Shown piece by piece: positions 60,450-64,000 of a stretch of DNA of 64,000 bases (positions are counted from its first letter, which is position 1; each line of letters starts with the position of its first letter). Source of the DNA: Polyangiales bacterium. Its GTDB lineage: Bacteria > Myxococcota_A > Polyangia > Polyangiales > Polyangiaceae. Location of the stretch: the NCBI GenBank assembly GCA_038230375.1, contig JBBRNJ010000029.1, positions 30,026-94,025 of the forward strand, given 5' to 3'. The notes beneath the pieces are model-generated. The model was not told where the DNA came from. It worked only from the letters and a program-made list of their open reading frames with translations, and searched no databases. The position numbers and the translations under genes are program-made.

Positions 60450-61982
60450 ATGTTCGCGTACGCCATCAGGCGTGTTTTGTGGGCGATTCCGACGCTGTTC
60501 GGGATCAGCCTGGTCGTCTTCATGTTGACGACGCTCATCGAGGTGCCGCCACCCGCGGATCTGGGCAAGGTCGACCCGGAGAACGTCCTCTCGGAAGAGG
60601 ATCGAGCGCGCGCGCGCTTCGTGGACCTCCCGCGCTTCTTCAACACGCAGCCGCTCGACATCCATGGTCGCACGGACGAGATCCTCTTCCACCTGGTGGC
60701 GGACGACGCGCAGCGGGACGTGGCGGCTGCACGCCTGGCGCGGCTCGGCGGCGCGGCGCTTCCGTTCATCATGCCGCAGATCGACGCGATGCCAGCCGCC
60801 GCAAAGAGCCGCGTTGCGGTCGCGCTCGCGCCCGTGGCCGTGCGCATGGGTCAGGGCGACGCAGTGGCGCTGCGCGATCCGGCCACCGCGCCCATCTTCT
60901 GGACGCGCTACTGGGATGAGCACTCCACGGACTTCACGGAGCCCAGCGTGCGCCGGACAGTGGACCGGCTGCTGGTCCGCGACTCCGCGCAGCGCGAGAC
61001 GGAGCTGTCGCAGGTGGACACGTTCGCGCTTGCCACCGTGATCGAGGCCATGCCGCGCGTCAAGGATCAGGCCGCGCTCCGGAGGCTCATGAGCGTGGCT
61101 GCGCGCGCGTCGGGTCGCGGGATAGTTCCCGACGAAGGTGCGCCGGCCGCGGCCTTCGTACGCGCGGAGGAGGACTGGCGCTCCTGGTGGTTCATCCACC
61201 GCTCGGACTACGTCGCGTACGACGGCGCCACCAAGGTCGCAGCCAGCGTCACGGACACGCGCTACGGGCGGTGGATGCTGGGCGCCGTCACCTCGCAGCT
61301 GGGCCTCTCCACGCGCGACGGCGTGCCCATCAACGAGAAGCTCATCGCGCGCGCGCCCGTCACGTTCGCGCTCACGTTCATCGCCATGCTGGCGTCGTAC
61401 CTGGTGGCGATCCCCATCGGGGTGCTCAGCGCGTGGCGGCGTGGAAAGGCCGTGGACGCGACCTTTGCGCTCCTGCTCCTCCTGGTCTATTCGATTCCCG
61501 TGTTCGTGCTCGCGCAGGCGCTCTCCGGCCTCTTCGCACGGGACAATCTGCTCGGGCTCGCGGTGCCCATTCTCACGCTCACGGCCGGCGGGGCTGCCGC
61601 GCTCTCGCGACACCAGCGCGGCAGCATGGTGGAGGTCCTCTCGCTCGACTACGTGCGCACGGCACGCGCGAAGGGCGTGTCCACGTTCCGCGTGCTCGTG
61701 GTGCATGCGCTAAGGAACGCGATCGTCTCCACCACCACGCTCGCGGGCCTGCAATTCCCGCTGATGCTCGGCAGCACGTTCGTCGTGGAGGAGGTCTTCG
61801 GCATCCAGGGACTGGGCTGGGAGACCCTGCGCGCGATCGAGACGCACGACGCCGCATGGCTCGTGGCCGTGGTGCTGTTCTCTGCAGTCATGACCATGCT
61901 GATGCTCATTGCGAGCGACCTGGCCACCAGCATCCTGGACCCGCGCGCCCGCGACACAGCGCTCCATTCGGGTGACCTTTGA
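60450..61982 (+). CDS. peptide/nickel ABC transporter permease (OppB/DppB-like) with large insertion
   Basis: YAIRRVLWAIPTL; DYVRTARAKG EAA loop; HALRNA. Confidence 0.88.
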   Translation: MFAYAIRRVLWAIPTLFGISLVVFMLTTLIEVPPPADLGKVDPENVLSEEDRARARFVDLPRFFNTQPLDIHGRTDEILFHLVADDAQRDVAAARLARLGGAALPFIMPQIDAMPAAAKSRVAVALAPVAVRMGQGDAVALRDPATAPIFWTRYWDEHSTDFTEPSVRRTVDRLLVRDSAQRETELSQVDTFALATVIEAMPRVKDQAALRRLMSVAARASGRGIVPDEGAPAAAFVRAEEDWRSWWFIHRSDYVAYDGATKVAASVTDTRYGRWMLGAVTSQLGLSTRDGVPINEKLIARAPVTFALTFIAMLASYLVAIPIGVLSAWRRGKAVDATFALLLLLVYSIPVFVLAQALSGLFARDNLLGLAVPILTLTAGGAAALSRHQRGSMVEVLSLDYVRTARAKGVSTFRVLVVHALRNAIVSTTTLAGLQFPLMLGSTFVVEEVFGIQGLGWETLRAIETHDAAWLVAVVLFSAVMTMLMLIASDLATSILDPRARDTALHSGDL

Positions 61983-62980
61983 GCTTCACCCTTGGATTCC
62001 GCGGCGCGCTCACGCGCATGCGCAAGAAGAATACTGCGCGCGCGGCGGCCATTGCGGTGCTGTTCCTGGCGTTCGTCACCATCTTCGCCGACCTCCTGGC
62101 GAGCCCATTGCCTGTACTATGCAACTATCATCAACAGCTGTGGGTGCTGCCGAACGTCAGCCACCCGAAGGAGCTGGACGGCCTGTCGTGCGACGACATC
62201 CAGAAGGCCGGCCACGTCTACATCACCCCCGTGACGTGCCACGGCCCGCTGGATGAGGCGCCGGCAGAGGCGCTGCTTCCGCCCATGGCGCCAGGTCACA
62301 TGCTCGGAACGGACGCGGTGGGACGCGACGTCTTCGCGCGCACGGTGCACGGCACGCGGACCACGCTGTCATTTGCGGTGCTGTCCACGTTCGTGTTCGT
62401 GATGGTGGGCCTCTTCCTGGGCGCGTTCACCGGCTTCTTCGGCGGGGCGCTCGATGCGATCACGACACGTGCGGTGGAGACCATGTCTTCGTTCCCCACG
62501 CTGGTCCTCGCCATTGGCGTGCAGGCCATGGTGCCACGGCCCACGGTGAGCACGCTCTTCCTGGCCATCGTGCTCTCGCGCTGGGCAGAGGTGACGAAGC
62601 TGACGCGCGCGGAGGTGCGGCTCGCAAAGAGCTCCGATTTCGCGCTCGCGGCCAGGGCGCTGGGCGCAACGCCCCTCCGCGTGCTGCTCAACCACGTGTT
62701 CCCGAACGCGCGCACGGCCGCGATAGTGAGCGCCACGTTCGGCCTGGGCTCCGTGATGCTGGCGGAGGCGTCGCTCACGTTCCTTCGCGCCGGCCACGAC
62801 AACAGCGTGGCCTCGTGGGGCGAGATGCTGAGCGAGGTGCGCGACTACCCCACGGCGTGGTGGATGCTGGTCTTCCCGGGCGCCCTCCTCATCATGGCCG
62901 TGCTTTCGTTCAACGTGCTGGGTGAGGCCCTGCGAGACGCTCTGGATCCGCGCACGAGGAGTGATAAGAACACGCCATGA
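61979..62980 (+). CDS. peptide ABC transporter permease (OppC/DppC-like)
   Basis: LGTDAVGRDVFAR, AARALGA, SWGEML, GEALRDALDPR. Confidence 0.9.
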   Translation: MSFTLGFRGALTRMRKKNTARAAAIAVLFLAFVTIFADLLASPLPVLCNYHQQLWVLPNVSHPKELDGLSCDDIQKAGHVYITPVTCHGPLDEAPAEALLPPMAPGHMLGTDAVGRDVFARTVHGTRTTLSFAVLSTFVFVMVGLFLGAFTGFFGGALDAITTRAVETMSSFPTLVLAIGVQAMVPRPTVSTLFLAIVLSRWAEVTKLTRAEVRLAKSSDFALAARALGATPLRVLLNHVFPNARTAAIVSATFGLGSVMLAEASLTFLRAGHDNSVASWGEMLSEVRDYPTAWWMLVFPGALLIMAVLSFNVLGEALRDALDPRTRSDKNTP

Positions 62981-63675
62981 CTCTCATCGGTGGACCCCTC
63001 GGCGGTCCGGGCAGTGGCAGTGGTGGCGGCGGTGCTGGCGCAGACGTTCCCTTCGTGACGGAGCGCGACTTCGAGAGCGTGGTCCTCACGAGCGAGGTGC
63101 CCGTGCTCATGGTGCTCGTCATGGAGCGCTCGCAGCCGTGCAAGGCGATCGCGCCGGATCTCGCCGCGTTCGCGAGCGAGATGGCGGGCAAGGTGAAGGT
63201 CGTCAAGATCGACGTGGAGAAGTCGCCCGTCATCGCGCGGCAGCTCCGCGTGCAGACCGTGCCCACGTTCATGCTCTTCGCGGAGCAGAAGATCGCGGAC
63301 GCGCAAGCAGGGCCCATCGGGCGCAAGGAGATGCGCGCCATGGTGGAGCCGTTCCTGCCGCGGATGCAGGGCGCCCTGAAGGCGGCGGAGCTCGCGGAGC
63401 TCTTGAAGCAGGGCGCTGTGGTGCCCGTGGATACGCGCGACGCGTCGGCCTATGGGCGCGCGCGATTGCCTGGCGCGAAGCACATACCACTGGAAGAGGT
63501 CGCGGGCCGGCTCGCGGAGCTGTACATGCTCGCGGGTCAGCCGGTGCTCTATTGCCGCTCGGGGGACAAGACCAAGGAGCTGGCCGCCACGCTCACGGAG
63601 CAGGGAGTGCCCGTGAATTTCCTCGAGGGTGGGATGCTCGCCTGGGAAGCGGACGGACGGAAGATCGAGCGATAG
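62977..63675 (+). CDS. thioredoxin-like plus rhodanese fusion protein
   Basis: Trx fold (SQPC, KIDVE, TVPT) followed by VDTR...LPGA...YCRSG...LEGGMLAW. Confidence 0.85.
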   Translation: MTLIGGPLGGPGSGSGGGGAGADVPFVTERDFESVVLTSEVPVLMVLVMERSQPCKAIAPDLAAFASEMAGKVKVVKIDVEKSPVIARQLRVQTVPTFMLFAEQKIADAQAGPIGRKEMRAMVEPFLPRMQGALKAAELAELLKQGAVVPVDTRDASAYGRARLPGAKHIPLEEVAGRLAELYMLAGQPVLYCRSGDKTKELAATLTEQGVPVNFLEGGMLAWEADGRKIER

Positions 63676-64000
63676 TTACTGGGAGACCAGGCCCCAGTAG
63701 TAGGTGCTTGGGCCTTTGCCGTTCGCGGGCGTGGTGGTGATCTGGAAGAGCTCGGCTCCTCCACCTGCGACCAGGTAGTTTGGGTCGGCGTTCACGACCG
63801 TGATGTCGATGGAGACGTCGTCTCCGGACTTGAAGGTGGCGGTTGGATTCTTGAAGCTGAGGTACCCGCTGCCCGAGGACTCGTCGAGGTGGACGTTGAA
63901 CTCTCCAGCGGTGGACGTGTCGGCGTAGAGCTTCAGCTTCAGCGCGCCGGTTGCGCCCTTCGCGATCTTGATGCTCTTCGTGGTGACGGCGTAGTCGGAG
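63676..64000 (-). CDS. C-terminus of hypothetical protein (5' end outside window)
   Basis: Open minus frame SDYAVTTKSIKIAKG...PSTYYWGLVSQ*, not in the ORF track; resembles C-terminus of 32898..34169. Confidence 0.7.
   Translation of the reverse strand, partial: SDYAVTTKSIKIAKGATGALKLKLYADTSTAGEFNVHLDESSGSGYLSFKNPTATFKSGDDVSIDITVVNADPNYLVAGGGAELFQITTTPANGKGPSTYYWGLVSQ

Overview
High-GC chromosomal window whose gene content (several Hanks-type Ser/Thr kinases, TPR/PEGA proteins, many Gly/Asp-rich lipoproteins) points to a myxobacterium of the Polyangiales/Labilithrix type; the taxon is inferred, not proven. About 63 genes are supportable. Main blocks: an overlapping XPB-like helicase + DUF790 (Bax1-like) nuclease pair; a TetR/SDR divergon with twin operators; a Ku-less PolX / Prim-PolC-like / LigC repair cluster; a long accessory tract of lipoproteins, kinases and TPR/PEGA proteins; a MenA-like prenyltransferase fused to a methyltransferase; and a core block (pheT-pheS-rplT-rpmI without infC, phosphosugar mutase, two ABC permeases, thioredoxin-rhodanese fusion). 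At nucleotide level, many genes have a TAnnn(T/C) hexamer 6-8 nt before the start codon and no Shine-Dalgarno, suggesting widespread leaderless mRNAs. This includes a bidirectional promoter between polX and the Prim-Pol gene; two sigma54-like boxes also sit 13 nt before an ATG. I found no CRISPR array, tRNA, rRNA, transposase or prophage. All family calls come from motif recognition by eye, not database searches. Several starts were moved from the ORF track.
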